DNA of 64,000 bases from Scyliorhinus canicula (GCF_902713615.1 NC_052153.1:20723323-20787322), one strand, 5' to 3'. Positions 36,855-50,792 are shown, counted from the first letter of the stretch. Made by a program: numbers and translations. The notes: generated by a model not told the origin, from the letters alone.

Positions 36855-38892
36855 CTGTTCGAATCTATTATTAAGGAGGTTATAGCGGAATACTTAGAAA
36901 ATCATAATGTGATCAGGCAGAGATTTCCCTCTCACATCATGGCTTTGTGAGAAGGAAATCGTATTCAAATTATTTGTGTTTTTTGAGGGAGTAACAAGCA
37001 AGGTGGATAAAGGGGAACCTGTAGATGCAGTGTACTTGGATTTCCAAAAGGAATTTGATAAATTGTCATGTCAAAGGCTATTACACAGGATACCAGAATA
37101 TAGTGTAGAGGGTAACATGAATAAAGGATTGGTTAGCTAATGGGATGCAGAGAGTAGGAGTAAATGGGTCTTTTATTGGTTGGCAAATTGTAACTAGTAG
37201 AGATCAGTGCTGGGGTCTCAACTATTTATGATCTATGTCAATGATTTTGATGTATGGTAACTACATTTGCTGATGATATAGGTAGGAAAATAAGTTGTCA
37301 AGAGGAGATAGAGAGCCAGCAAAGTGATGTAGACAGGTGAAATAAGTTGGACAAAAATTGGAAGAGGGAATATAATGTGGATAACTGTGAATGTATTCAC
37401 TTTGGCATGAAGAATAAAAAAATCAGAATACTATTTAAATGTAGATAGATTACAGAACTCACTGGTAAGAGGGATCTGTATTTCCTCGTCAATGAATCAC
37501 AAGAAGTTAGTATGCAGGTACAGCAAGGGATTAGGACGGCAAATTGAATGTTAGTGTTGACTGCAAGAAGAATGGAACAGAAAGGATGGGAACATTTAAT
37601 GCAGCTGTACAGGACATAGGTGAGACCACATCTTGAATACTGAGCACAGGTTTAGTCTCCCATTTGAAAAAAAACATTTATTTGTCTTAGAAGCTGGAAG
37701 GAGAAGTTTTTCTTCATTCATTCCTGGCCTGAAGTGACTATTGTATGAAGAAGGGTTGAACAGGTTTGGCCATTACCCATTGGGGTTTAGAAGAATGAGA
37801 GGTGATCTTATTGAAATATCTAAAATCCTGAGAGGATTTAATAGGATAGGTATCAGGAGGATATTTCCAATTGTGGGAAAGACTAGTGCTGCGATTTTGC
37901 ACCCGTGTTCGCAGTGAGCGCAAACAGCGATGTGGGCGCAAAATCGCGTGAGACTCTAGAAATGAAACTCTCACCAGTGAGATTGCGTTTTCCGATTCCC
38001 CCCCCGCCTCTTGCCAGTGGCGTAATGAAGTTGCCGCCCCGATCAGCAACATCATTTCAATACATTTTAGTACAATTAGCTGCCTCCCCTGACATATCGT
38101 CCTCTCACAATTTAAATTCTCCAATCGCCGACATCACGTTACATTGGCGAGGTTTACAACTGCTTTTTAACAATGGGAACCAGGTGATGGGAGCCGGCCA
38201 CAGGCGAACAGGTAAGTGTTGGCCCCAGGGGAAGATGGAGATGCCCGGACAATACCCGGGCACTGCTCGCTCCTGGCACTCCTGTCTGGCACTCTGGCAC
38301 TGTCCCCGGCACTGCTCCCTCCATTGCGTGGGGTCTCCTTCTGCATTTGGGGATGGGGCCACCCATGTCCTTGGAGAGGGTTTTCCCATGCCCACGCGGG
38401 GCCCATGCCCATCCTGTGTTTTTTCTCAGAGATCAGGGCGTCCTTTACAAAGGGCATCTGGATCTCGGGATTCCCAGCTGTCGGCTTTTTCCGGCCCTGC
38501 CCCACCAGCGTGACAGCACGGGCCACACCTGCAGGTTTACTCTGTATTGAGGTGCTGGACTATCTGACAAGGAAAGCTGGCTCTGCAGCCGTGCGAGCAA
38601 CAATCTGCTTTTCTAGCCTTCGCCAGCACTCTGTGCAGAGAATGGAAAATTCCACCCAATATAAAACTGAAAGAGAGGTTTCTCTTTCTCTCTGGCGGTA
38701 GTTAGTACGGGGAATTCTCTCCTCCACACACCAGTGGAGGTTGGGCAATTGAATTTATTGAAGACAGATTCAAATAGCTTTTTGGTAGACAAAAGATTCA
38801 AAGATTATGGCGGGGAGAGCAGACAAGAAAGGGAAATTGAGCCCATAACCAGATAAGCCTTGATCTTCTTGACTAACAGAGCAGGCTCAAAA
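36855..38892 (+). mobile_element. Old CR1 LINE with a MITE insertion (about 37885-38655)
   Basis: Degenerate VYLDFQKEFDK, FADD and RPHLEY motifs with multiple stops. Confidence 0.85.
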
Positions 38893-39615
38893 GGCGGGCT
38901 TGGATTCTCCCCTACCCGGCGTGGCGGGGGGTCCCGGTGTATTGGAGTGGAGTCAACTACTCCGGCATCGGGCCTCCTCAAAGGTGCGGAATTCTCCTGT
39001 CTGGCGGAATTCTCCGCACCTTTAGGGGCCAAGCCCTCACATTGAGGGGTAGGCCCGCGCCGGAGTGGTTGCCGCTCCACCGACCGGCGCGAACGGCCAT
39101 TGGCGCCACGCCAGCTGGGGCTGAAAGGCATTCGCTGGCCGGCGGAAGTCCACGCATGCGCCGGTGCGTCAGCGGCTGCTGACGTCATACCGGCGCATGC
39201 GCAGAGGAGGGCTTCTCTTCCGCCCCCGCCATGGTGAAGGCCATGGCGGGGCGGAAGAAAAAGAGTGCCCCCACGGCACAGGCCCGCCCGCCGATCGGTG
39301 GGCCCCGATCGCGGGCCAGGCCACCGTGGGGGCATCCCCCGGGGTCAGATCGCCCCGCCCCCCCCGACCCCGGAGCCCACCCGCACCGCCAGTCCAGCCA
39401 GCACCAGAGGTATTTTGATTCCCGCCGGCGGGATTGGGGCAATTTAGTGTGGCCAATCCACCCAGCCTCCACATCTTTGGGTTGTGGGGGTGATACCCAC
39501 GCAGACACAGGGAGAATGTGCAAACTCCACACAGACAGTGACCCAGGGCCGGGATTCGAACCCAGGTCCTCAGCGCCGTAGGCCGCAATGCTAACCACTG
39601 TGCCACCGTGCTCCC
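38893..39615. mobile_element. GC-rich Harbinger-type MITE followed by an HE1-type SINE (39436-39615, -)
   Basis: Homologous in reverse to 1-282; SINE head at 39615. Confidence 0.75.
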
Positions 39616-39940
39616 CAAGAACTGTTATTCTAAGCTGTCAAAACAGCTGCGACCACATCCTGGACTGGCAACTCATAACCTTATGTCTGGCAACTCCTAA
39701 CCTTATGACCTTATGTAATCACGCACGCGACATATGGGTTGGACAAATGTAAGCTATATATGGAATAAGAATGCAAACTAATTCTGCTTTGAAAGGGTAT
39801 ATTGACACAGTTTTAAGCCACAGCTCAGTGAGAAGGTGCCAGCAGAACTGGGCTCCAGGACCTTTCTCCCAGAGCTCTGCACAATACATTGCTTCTTTTG
39901 CTCACGTTAAGGTCTACGTGTGAATATTTTCACCCAAGAA

Positions 39941-40190
39941 TTATTGCAGTTTATATTCTGACTGGCTCTTTAAGTTAATTATAACTCAATTGACCTGCCA
40001 GAAATATACCAATGAACTGGCACATTCCAGTTGAATATAAGAAATTAATCAGTGAAATCATTTAATGTGCTCTCATGTCATTTCAAAGCTACTTTTGATA
40101 TCCAACATTTCATCATAACTTTATTCACTCAGTTATCTCTTTCTCCTGTCTGTCAATCCCATTCCAACCAAACCACAATCCAGTACCATG
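39941..40190 (-). other. Paralogous intron segment (copy 3) homologous to 6941-7205
   Basis: Shared blocks in the same orientation, e.g. aactca(c/a)ttgacctgccag, cattccag, tttaatgtg(t/c)tctc and cactc. Confidence 0.6.
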
Positions 40191-41249
40191 GGCTGGATTT
40201 TACCTTTTATACCCCACCTCCCCTAATTTACCCAAATGAAAGTTTATGAGCAGGCCCACCAATAGAAAAAGCTTCTCCACAGCCTTATTACATTGGAAGG
40301 AAATGTTTTTTGGCTCAGGGACAGACCTCTGACCCACCTGGCCGTCTGGAGGCTCAGTTGCCCCAGCAGCGCCAAGTTTGAGTGGTGGTCACATGCTGGA
40401 ACTACAGGCAGTCCTCAAACAAGAAGAGCATGCGCCACCGGATAATAATAACTTATTGTCACGAGCAGGCTTCAATGAAGTTACTGTAAAAAGCCCCTAG
40501 TCGCCACATTCCGGCGCCTGTTCTGGGAGGCCGTTGCGGGAATTGACATTATTCTGCATTACAAGCCAGTTGTTTAGCCCTCTGTGCTAAACCAGCCCCT
40601 AGAGGTAAGTCTGGGGTATCAGCAGGCCTCAGCAAGGAAGTGGGGGGGGGGGGGGGAGTTGGCCATGAGGGAGGTGAGGTGCCAGGATTGAGGGGCCAGA
40701 GACGAGATTAAAGATGCAGATAGATATTGTGGGGAGCTGAAGGGGAGCCTTCGATAGGCGCACTTGATCACTCAAGAGAGGTGACCCTGCCCCTTGTTCG
40801 ACATCAACTCGCGCAGTAAACCCGCCAGGCTTCCATGATGTGGGCCTCCATCTCCGTGCGTAAAATGTGGCGGAGGTGGAGTGAGGCACTTAAGTAGCTA
40901 TTACATGGCTATTTAAGTACCTCGATAGGCCTAAGGGTGGCCAGGTGGGCAGGCTGCCTGACATCTTCCCCGCCCACCATAAATTAGGAGACAGGTCAGA
41001 GTGGGTGCCAAGGGGGTGGGAAAGCTGGGCACTGAATTTTATGATTAACCCCTGACTTCAACCACACTGGTTGGGGAGCTGCAAAAATCCAGGCCCCTGT
41101 GGTGGAAATGTTTCCAAGCTCCTGACAAGACAGCACTGGGAAAGCCAAAATTCCAGTGGTGCCACATCAGGACTGTCAGAGCTAGGCTGACAGCTTCAAA
41201 GGAAGGGGAGGAGAGGAGGTCAATACAAGGTCCTTTTCTCCATTGTGGT

Positions 41250-41462
41250 CCTCAGTGCCATTGGGAAAGCTTTCTCCGTTGAGGGGGAAAGTTGACTGGT
41301 GGTGATTTAACCGGAGGATCACCACACTTCAGGCGATGGGCAATGTTGAGAAGGCGGGGCCTTCATGAATAACCCCAGTCAGTACAGGAATTGAATCCAC
41401 ACTGCTGGTCTCACTCTGCATCACAAACCAGCTGTCCAGCCAACTGAGCTAAAACCGGCCCC
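41250..41462 (-). mobile_element. tRNA-derived SINE (possibly Deu-domain type)
   Basis: gccggttttagctcagttggctggacagc head and ggattcaattcc B-box. Confidence 0.6.
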
Positions 41463-41558
41463 AAACATTTCAATATAAATTACATCTAAACTTTCACCTT
41501 GTGACTATTGCATAATTATTTCTCAAACCTAGTCAATGGAACAGATTTTAATACTTAT

Positions 41559-41710
41559 CATTTAACAATGAATGAGAGCTCTTCAGACATCCAAGAAGCA
41601 AATCGGCAAAATATTATGTCTAAACGATTTGTGGATATCTCGTCAAGGTTTGCTCCACCAGTGCTCACTTTAAGCTCCAGGAGGCTAAGTAGAAAGAATA
41701 TAAATTGTAA
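41559..41710 (-). pseudogene. Relaxin-like paralog, decayed exon 1 (copy 3)
   Basis: Reads ..FIFFLLSLLELKVSTGGANLDEISTN.., with AACCTTGACGAGATATCCACAAA matching the NPG(L/E)(V/I)F(T/L)K codons of copies 1 and 2, and AGAGCTCTC matching AGAGCCCTC. The donor position reads ATAAGT and the first 43 intron nt are 30/43 identical to the intact gene. The LCG codons are missing and the 5' end abuts a Gypsy LTR. Confidence 0.65.
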
Positions 41711-44303
41711 TTAAAGTAACAAAAAGTCTGCCCATGGCAGCAAACTACTTACACTACACACTCCGTTGAGATAACCAACGTGCCGGCCCCTCTTTGGCCG
41801 GCTTTTATGCTCGATCTTACAAGCCCCAGCTGGGTCGGCCTTCGCCCACTATCGGGGAAGCTCAAATTCCGTGAGCCCCACAGGGAGGTCAATTACCACT
41901 TCCCCATGGGCCTCATGGGAGTTATGACACCCTTCTCCCCGCCCCCCGCCAAGTCCAAATGTTTCCCCTCTGAAACCATCAGAGGAGGTCTGCTGCGGTG
42001 CGCCACACGTGGCTATGCTTCTGGCAGTGGTGGTCTGGGTCGGGGGGCATGTAACGGTCGGTAGACCACCCTTTCCTAGATGATCTCTGGAGAGGTATTG
42101 CCGGGATTTCAGCCCCGGGACGCATTGCCCATCTGTCCAGAGGCCTTGGTGTCCATCTTTGAGTCTGAGTCATCATCGTCTTGATGGTCTGGGTGTTGGG
42201 CCTCGGTGGGTTGCATGCCCTCGCTACGGAGTGGTTCCCGCGGAGGTGGAAGTTCCGACGTCCCTGGTCAGGTGTCCTCCAATGCGGACTCCCGTTTCTT
42301 CAGCTGGTTAACATATTTACACAGGATCTTCCCTTGGACATTAACCTTGTAAGATACGGCCTTGTTCGCTCCAACATTATCCCTGGGAGCCAGACTGCAC
42401 CATCTCCGAAGTTGTGGACATAAACAGTGGCCACCGGTTGAACGTTCCGCCCTGGCTTCCTGTGGTCATGATACTTCTGCTGTGAATCTTGCTGCAGCTC
42501 TCCTTTCCTGCCCAGGTTTGGGAAAGTCAGGCTTAATCGGGTTCTGAGGGGCCAGTCCATCAGCAGCTCTGTGGGTGCCACCCATGTTGTTACAAGCGGT
42601 GTGGTCCTCCAGTTGAAAAGTAATCTCGGCAGTTGTGTGTCCAGGGAGCCCGTGGTCAGCTTCCGCCTTCCTCTCTTAAATGTTTGGACCACCCGTTTGG
42701 CCAGGCCATTAGATGATGGATGGTCGGGGTGGTTCAGATATGTCTGACTCCATTCGTACATATACAAGTGGAGAACTCTTCGCTTGTGAACGGGGAGGAT
42801 GCCATCTTCGACAATTAGTTCCTGCTACTTTTGGAAATAGGGCTGCTGGGGGTGGGGCCCCCTGTAATACACTATGTAGCAGCATGTGGCGGAGCTTTGC
42901 CAATGTGCGATCTCTCTGCGCCCACGTGTGTATCTGTACGACTGTCACCGGCAGAGTGTCCAAACAGTTTAAAGTTGCCACAATGTTGTCTGCCACTGGT
43001 GGAGATAAGGGCGATGGTGAAAAATATATTCATATGCTGCCAGCAAATTTGGGCCAGGATTTGGACCAAAGCTATGGGATGAATTCCCTTGCCCTCCTTA
43101 AAACAGTGGTTTGTGGTCAGCGATTATAAGTGCCACCCATAAACAAACCGATGAAATTGTTTCACACCGAATGTCATAGCCAAGCCTTCTTTTTCCAACT
43201 GGACATAGAAGCGCTCCGCATCTGCCAGAGTTCTGGATGCGGATGCAATGGGGCGTTCTGTGCCAACGTCTCATCTATGGGACAGCACCGCCCCTATACA
43301 GTAAGGGGAGATATCGCAAGTAAGAACGAGCGGCCGGGTTGGATCATAGTGGGCAAGCAGCTGGGAGGATGACAGCCGCCTCTTCACTCCTGCAAATGCC
43401 TCCTCCTGTGGGGTTCCCCAGGCCCACGTCTGGTTCTTCCTTAACAAGATGTGAAGCGGTGCCAGCAGGGTGGCCAAGTTTGGAATGAACTTTCCGCAAT
43501 AATTTACGAGGCCCAGAAATGATCTTAGTTCCATCGTATGAATTCGGAGCCCCTTTCGTGGCCTAAACCACGGGATGAAATCCAACTTTATCCACCCTGT
43601 ACATTGAGTATCATCACGACCTTTGCTTGAAAAGCACACTTGCTTCCTTTCAGGTGGGCGCCCACCTGGGAGACTCCTCTGAAAACCTCCTCTTGCTTAT
43701 CCATGTGGTCTTTGTTGGTGGCCCCCATAACGAGCACAACTTCTAAATACCCCGCCATCTTGCTTAGTCGCTGGACGATACGTTCCATCACCCTTTGAAA
43801 GATTGCAAGGGTTGAAGAGACCCTGCAAGGGAGGTGGGTGTATTCGAATAGCCCCCCCACCTCCAATGTTTAAAACCACATGTTTCCGTGATGCGGTGTC
43901 CAGGTATGACTGCAGATATGCTTGGCTGATATTTAGTTTGGTGAATGATCATCTGCCAGCGCAAGGCATAGGGTAACCTGCCAGGCCTGAGTTGAAGGCC
44001 TCCAGTTTCCTGAAAAGCGGCATTTTTGAAAGATAATTCCACAAGCTGCTGCCCAGCAATCTTTCGGAGAGGCTGCGGCGTCTTAACAACAAAGAACAAA
44101 GAAAAGTACAGCACAGGAACGGGCACTTCGGCCCTCCAAGCCTGTGCCGACCAAAGTTTCGTCTTGAGGTAGAGTTTCGTCTTGAGGTAGAGTTGAGATT
44201 TTTTATTTCCCTCGTCGCCAGTTTAATGACAAGAAGCCAGCGGTACGAAGAACATAGATTTTAATTAAAGTAACATAAAGTCTGTCCACAGCAGTGAACT
44301 GTT
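41705..44303 (-). mobile_element. Gypsy LTR retrotransposon (deleted), both LTRs partial
   Basis: PBS tggcgacgag (44220-44211), PPT at 41940-41930, and ttaaagtaac..aagtctg shared by the two LTR remnants. LRSFLGLVNYCGKFIPNLA and HPSSNGLAKRVVQTFK pol motifs. Confidence 0.9.
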
Positions 44304-45469
44304 TAGGGGTGGGGGGTGAATTTTGGAGGAAAATGTGAAAATGAAGCATAAAACATTTTTTTTTTTTTAAGTGGCGTGGTCACCTTTTGCGTTCATGATC
44401 ACCTCATGAATGCTGGTTAAAGCAGTGGTTGGGCGGAATCTCCACAGGCCTTCCAATCTTGCGTCGGCCTCAAACCCGTTTGAAAATGTGCGGCATGCAA
44501 AGGTCGCACCTCAGTGCACTTGTGACTAGGAGGTGAGCGCAACATGCATAACCTGCCTGTCATTGTGCTGCAACACTCCTGCTGCATTGAATACCCCACT
44601 GCTGGTGCTGTGGGATTGACCTCCTCCTGCTCCAGTAATCACGCAGAGCTCCACTTTCAGACACTGACCAGTCCAGCACTCGGGCTTGGGGAGAGCAAGG
44701 GTCTTCGGTCCCTGGCAACTGACATCATTCCGCCCACGACTGCACTGTGCTGTGAGATTGATGGAGGCTCCCACTTTTACAGATGAGGATTTCAACTGGA
44801 GGTGGGGTGTGAGGAGAGGGTGGGGGTGATGCACGCAGGCGGGGGTGGGGTGGGGGGGGGGAATGGGGAAGGAAGGATTTGCAAGGAAAGAGCAAGGTCG
44901 GCCAAACACAAGGTGGGCGAGGGGGAAGGAATTCTGTGCAAGGGCACTGGGCACGGGCAATGAGGCACGACATAAGGCAGAGGGGGAAAGGAGGTGGAGG
45001 GAGGATGAGGAACAATGAGGGGGCAGAGGGAGGACTGAGCGGTGGGAAGCTGGAACCTGGCAAGCATGCATGAAACACTAACGAATAAGGGGGTCAAAAG
45101 GATATCACATTTTTAACTGGAAGGGGATGCACGCAGGCTCCAGAATAGGAGTGGGGGCTGTTAATGTTTCACTTAGAAGGTTGGGGGTGGGGTTGGTTTG
45201 GGCGGGTCCTTAGTCCTCATGGCAACGGGGAAAATATGTGAAAGTCCAAGTCCTTGATCAGGGGCTTGTAGTCAGGGGTCAGAGTACATACACTTCTGTG
45301 GCAATGTGGAAAGGAATAACAGATTACAGGAAGCCCAGGGGCTACGTGGACCTCATAGTCAGGAGTCAGAGATAGGAGACAGTCCAGGAGTGCAGCGGGC
45401 ATGCAGGGCTATTGGGAGAATGGTGTCCTCCAGCTACAGGGACGGACAAGGACTCATCATAGAATCATC

Positions 45470-45789
45470 ATAGAATTTATAGTGCAGAAGGAGGCCATTT
45501 GGCCCATCAAGTCTGCACCGGCTCTTTGAAAGAGCACCAAGCCCACACCTCCACCCTATTCCCATAGCCCAGTAACCCCACCCAACACTAAGGCCAATTT
45601 AGCATGGCCAATCCACCTAACCTGCACATCTTTGGACTGTGGGAGGAAACCGGGGCACCCAGAGGAAACCCACGCACACACGGGGAGAACGTGCAGACTC
45701 CGCACAGACAGTGACCCAGCGGGGAATCGAGCCTGGGACCCTGACGCTGTGAAGCAATTGTGCTAACCACCATGCTACCGTGCTGCCCT
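45470..45789 (-). mobile_element. HE1-type SINE
   Basis: Full head and tail. Confidence 0.9.
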
Positions 45790-46764
45790 GTGCTCCAGAG
45801 GAAAAAAGACACAGCTTAGTCTGCAGGCCTGGCTCACAGTCACTGTTGCTGAGCTTGGCTGTCTCTGCACTGGGCTGTAGCTGGAATGATGATGGTGCCT
45901 GGAGGCATCTGCAGCCTGTAGATCGGAAAGAAATAATAAAGGTGGGGTGGGGGGGATGTATGTGAAGGTACACGCAGCCTCTATATGGGGTAACTAGAGG
46001 TCCACATGGGGCTTGTGCACTCGGGGTGAGGGGGTGGGGAAAGGATAAGAATGTCACCACAATAAGTATGGGATCCAGTCTTATTGTGGGAGGCTGAGGA
46101 ACAACAGGGGAAGCTGTACCTTCACATTGTGAGGTTCAAGGTATGCATCTAGCACAATGGCCGTGAGAGAAGGAGCATTGGATTCCGTTGGGAAATAAAG
46201 GTGAACAACCAGCGTCTTTCTGCTCCACAATATTGGCGCTTGGTGAGAATGAAAGTAACAGCGGGTCTGTCCGGGAGGGGTCTGAGGAACACACTGCTGG
46301 ACTAACGGGCTCCTTCAGGGGGCGCACCCTCACTTGTTGATGCTGCAACAGTGGACAGAAATAAGGTTCATTAGAAAAGGAGGAAGATCTTCAGGGGAAG
46401 AAAGATATTGAAAGCCAATGTCTTCATGAGTGCTGTTAAATTAATATTCAGAACATCGTCACATTACAGTCACTGCATCTCAAGTTAACACCAAAGAATG
46501 TGTTTTTTTTGAATGCAGGCAATAGTGAAGGAGGTACAGCTACATCACATATGGTATTCCATCAATTAAGGCCGGTCACATGTTGAACAGAATTGGCATT
46601 CACAACAGGTCAAAGGGCGTCCAGTCACTGGCAATGAGCAACTCACTTGTCATTAGTATGCCAGATCAGAGGCTGAGGCACGGAGCTAGCTTGGGTTCTT
46701 CATCTCATTTACACCTCAGCATCCCACACAGGGTTCCAGATGTCACATTTCTGGAAGCCGACCT

Positions 46765-47639
46765 TGTTTAGCAAAGCAGGGGAGTCCACAGCGAGTAAAG
46801 TAAAAGACTTTAATTAACAGAAGTACATGAGCCCCGTTTAAACCTCACCAGGTACTCTCTCTCTCTGTTGGTCGGTTACACACTAGCCAACCTTTTTTTT
46901 TAGGGGTAAGCTACCCCGCCCCTTGCGTGGAATCTCGTCCTCTTCGAGCTGCACGGGGAAAACAAACATCCCCAGACCCGATGTCCCGTGCTGGGCAGCG
47001 ATTTTCAGAAGTTTTGAAATTAATTGCAATGGACTCTCTGGTGGACCTCTCCGCAGGATTGAACCGGTATCGCTGAACGATGATAGATGGGGTCGGGTTG
47101 AAATGCTATCCCACCAATGTGAGGAGCTGATCAACTGGCACCCTGTCTGGCCTCGCCAGAAATGTGAGGCCCCAAATCACTCCAAACGTGTGCACTCCAC
47201 AGGCGGTCAACAGAGTTACGATCTGGCGATCACTTTCTGTGATGTATTGGCTTTGGAAAAGTATCATATCCGCTCTGCCTGCTGATTGCAGGCCATCGAA
47301 ACTCCCAAAAAGAGGCATCGTGAATTACCCAACTCCACACCCTGGTCCAAACTAAAATCAATGCGGAGAGGTGGCTCAGCTGGATAGGTTGCACATCAAC
47401 AGCTCCAGGTTTACCCTCGTCGCCAGTTTAGTAAAGCACAGGGATCCACAGCGAGTAAAGTAAAAAAAACTTTTATTTACACAAGCATATACATGAGTCC
47501 CGGTTAAACCTCACCGGATACTCTCTCTCTCTCGATCAGTTCCACATTTTCGATCTTTTATCTAAGTACGGGTAAGCTACCCCTCCCCTAACGGGAAAAC
47601 AATCATCCCCACTCCGTATGTCCCGTGCTGGTTATTACA
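46765..47639 (-). mobile_element. Short non-autonomous LTR element: two ~220-bp LTR-like direct repeats
   Basis: ccacagcgagtaaagtaaaa..aaacctcacc..atgtcccgtgctgg at 46787-46994 and 47446-47631; PBS tggcgacgag at 47425-47416. Confidence 0.7.
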
Positions 47640-47829
47640 CCTTAGTCACCTCAATGTGCTCCAGCATCTCAGGGATAAGGCTCCATCAGCAACGCGTGAG
47701 CGAGGCAGGAAAAGTTGCAAAGTCGGACATTTCCCATGGGTTTCTTATTCTGAGCTTCATTTTCTCCCCCTTTACTCTTTCTTGTCTGAAATGTTTCATT
47801 CCAGAGGGAAGATAAATGGATCCTGGGCT

Positions 47830-49295
47830 CAGTGCTGTCTTTGTCAGAGTCCGAATGCAATGGAGGAGGTGAAGGATGGAGAGACAATGCTGAGTGCAGC
47901 TCCAGCAGGAGGTCCTGCCTGAGGGACATGGTCAAAGGGGAGCTAGAGCAGGAACAAGAGGGTCTGGAGGAGAGACCCAGACACTGGAGGCAATTCACCA
48001 GACCAAGCGTTTAGTGTAGAAGAGCTCCAATTTCCAAATCAGTGAGAGGCAATGCCGGGCGAGTCTGCACTTGTCCCGAGATTTAGTACATCACATATCC
48101 CACATTCATCATGAAAACCTGAAGCTATGTGGGGTTGGAAACTATCCCCTGCCAGTGACCCTGGAGGTGCTCATTGCACTCAATTGCTTTGCCCCGGTCT
48201 TTCCAGGGAGTAACAGAAGACCTGTGAGGTATCTGTCAATCTGCAACACATCAATGCGTGTCAAAGGTCACAGACGTCCTTTACAAGAAGACCCATCAAT
48301 ATGTCAGGTTTGTTCTGGATGAAAATAGTCCAACTGCTCGATTCACCGGCTTTGTCGCCATCTCAGGCTTCCCAAGGGTACAAGAGACGGCACCCATGGT
48401 GCGGAGAATCGGCGCCATTTGCGCCGGCGCGTTTGACGCGGTGCCGGCCGCAGGCCGCTGGAATCGGCGGGGGCCGCTGATTCTCCGGCCCGAATGGGCC
48501 GAGTGGCCGGGCAGATACGACAGAGTCCCGCCGGCGCCGTTCACCCCTGGTCACTGCCAGCAGGAACTCTGCGCGAAGGACCGGGGGCAGCCTGTGGGGC
48601 GGGGAAAAACGATCCTTCACCGGGGTGGGGGGGGCCTCCGATGGGGTCTGGCCCACGATCGGGGCCCACCGATCAGCAGGCCAACCTCTCCCCCTCCCGG
48701 GTCTACTTTCCTGCGCAGCCGGCCCCTGAACACCGATGCCATGTTGCGTCGGGGCCGGCGCACGGAAAAAGTGTAACACGGTAGCATTGTGGATAGCACA
48801 ATGGCTTCAGAGCTCCAGGGTCCCAGGTTCGATTCCGGCTTGGGTCACTGTCTGTGCGGAGTCTGCACATCCTCCCCGTGTGTGCGTGGGTTTCCTCCGG
48901 GTGCTCCGGTTTCCTCCCACAGTCCAAAGATGTGCAGGTTAGGTGGATTGCCCTTAGTGTTCAAAATTGCCCTTAGTGTTGGGTGGGGTTACAGGGTTAT
49001 TGGGATAGGGGGAGGTGTTGACCTTGGGTAGGGTGCTCTATCCAAGAGCCGGTGCAGACTCGATGGGCCGAATGGCCTCCTTCTACACCGTAAATTCTAT
49101 GATAAGTCCCCCGTGCATGCGCAGGTTGGCGCGGCACCCATTTGGCGTCAGGAAGGGAGGCTGGAGCAGCATGAACCGCTCCAGCGCCGTGTTGGCCCCC
49201 GAATCGGTCGTCCCCATGCCCGTTCCACGCCGTCATGAAACGCGACGGCGTTCACGACGGCGCCAACACTTGAGCTCCATTTGGGAGAATCACCC
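47830..49295 (+). mobile_element. Harbinger transposase remnant plus MITE and SINE (48775-49100)
   Basis: LPVTLEVLIALNCF, FVAISGFPRVQ; MITE termini ggagaatc. Confidence 0.65.
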
Positions 49296-49614
49296 CCTTG
49301 GTTGCAATTCTTGAAATTTGTTCTCTATACTTTGCGCATTTCTGTAAATATTCCCCATGAGAGCACCCTCCCTCCATCGATTAGCTTACCATCTTCTAAG
49401 GGCTGGATTCTTCCACCCCGCCCGCCGCAAGGTCGCCACAGGCAGGACGCAGACCATGTAACGGTCCATTGTCTCGGGTGGGAATTTCCGGTCGCCGGAG
49501 AGACGCGGCCAGAGAATCCTGCCCTTACAGCCTAATCCTGCAATTTATGTGAGATTCTCCTCGAATGTCTTCACCAGAGACAACTTCTTATCCTGCGACT
49601 CTGTTAGATTACTT

Positions 49615-50792
49615 GGGAACATAGAAGCATAGAAAAAATAGAAGCAGGAGGAGGCCATTCGGCCCTCAATCCCGCTCCGCCATTCATTATGATCATGGCT
49701 GATCATCCAATTCAATAGCCTCATCCCACTTTGCCCCATATCCTTTGATCCCCTTTACCCCAAGTGCGATATCTAAATGCTGCTTTAAACCAGACAATGT
49801 TTTGGACTCAACTACTTCCTGTGATAACAAATTCCACAGACTCACCATTCTCTGGGTGAAAAAATCTTTCCTCATCTCTGTCCTAAATGGATTACCCCGT
49901 ATCCTCAATCTGTGACCCACTATCAGAAACGTATTTCCTGCATCTGCCCTGTCCAGTCCCGTTAGAATTTTATAGGTTTCTATGAGATCTCCCCTCATTC
50001 TTCTGAATTCCAGCGAATGCAATCCTAACCAATTCAATCTTGCCTCGTACGTCAGTCCTGTCATCCCAGGAATCAGTCTGGTAAACCTTCGCTACACTCC
50101 CTCTCGAGCTAGACCATCCTTCCTCAGATCAAAACCACACACAATATTCCAGGTGTGGCCTCATCAAGGCCCTGTATAATTGCAGCAACACATCCCTGCT
50201 CCTGTATGCGAATCCTCTCGCAATGAAGGCCAGCATACCATTTGCCTTCTTTACCGCCTGCTGCACCTACATGCTTACCTTCAGTGACTGGTGTACGAGG
50301 TCATGCAGGTCTAGTTGCACATTCCCCTCTCCTAATCAAAGATCCCTCCCACCCGGCTTAATCACTCTTTCAACTTCTTCCATCGGGCAGGAGATACAGA
50401 AGTCTGAGAACACGCACAAACAGACTCAAAAACAGCTTCTTCCCCACTGTCACCAGACTCCTAAATGACCCTCTTATGGACTGACCTCATTAACACTACA
50501 CCCTGTATGCTTCATCCGATGCCAGTGCTTATGTAGTTACATTGTATATCTTGTGTTGCCCTATTATGTATTTTCTTTTCTTCCCTTTTCATCCCATGTA
50601 CTGTTGAGCTGCTCGCAGAAAAATACTTTTCACTGTACCTCGGTACACGTGACAATTAACAAATCCATTCCAATCCAAACCTAATTTATGGCCATTCAGG
50701 TAATAGTCTGCCTTCTTGTTTTTGTTACCAAAGTGGATAACCTTGCATTTATCCAAATTATACTGCATCTGCCACCTATTTGCCCACTCACG
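49615..50792 (-). mobile_element. CR1 LINE fragment
   Basis: RRMRGDLIETYKILTGLDR and WANRWQMQYNLDKCKVIHFG. Confidence 0.9.
50339..50675 (+). mobile_element. Rex1/Babar-clade LINE 3' end inserted in CR1
   Basis: Encodes LLPSGRRYRSLRTRTNRLKNSFFP; short repeat tail aatccattccaatccaa. Confidence 0.75.

Noticed and set aside
39625-39735. Faint resemblance to the A-chain end (AGTTGC..AGCTTA..TAA) for copy 3
   Set aside because: The CC pair is absent, several indels are needed, and a local tandem duplication confounds the alignment.
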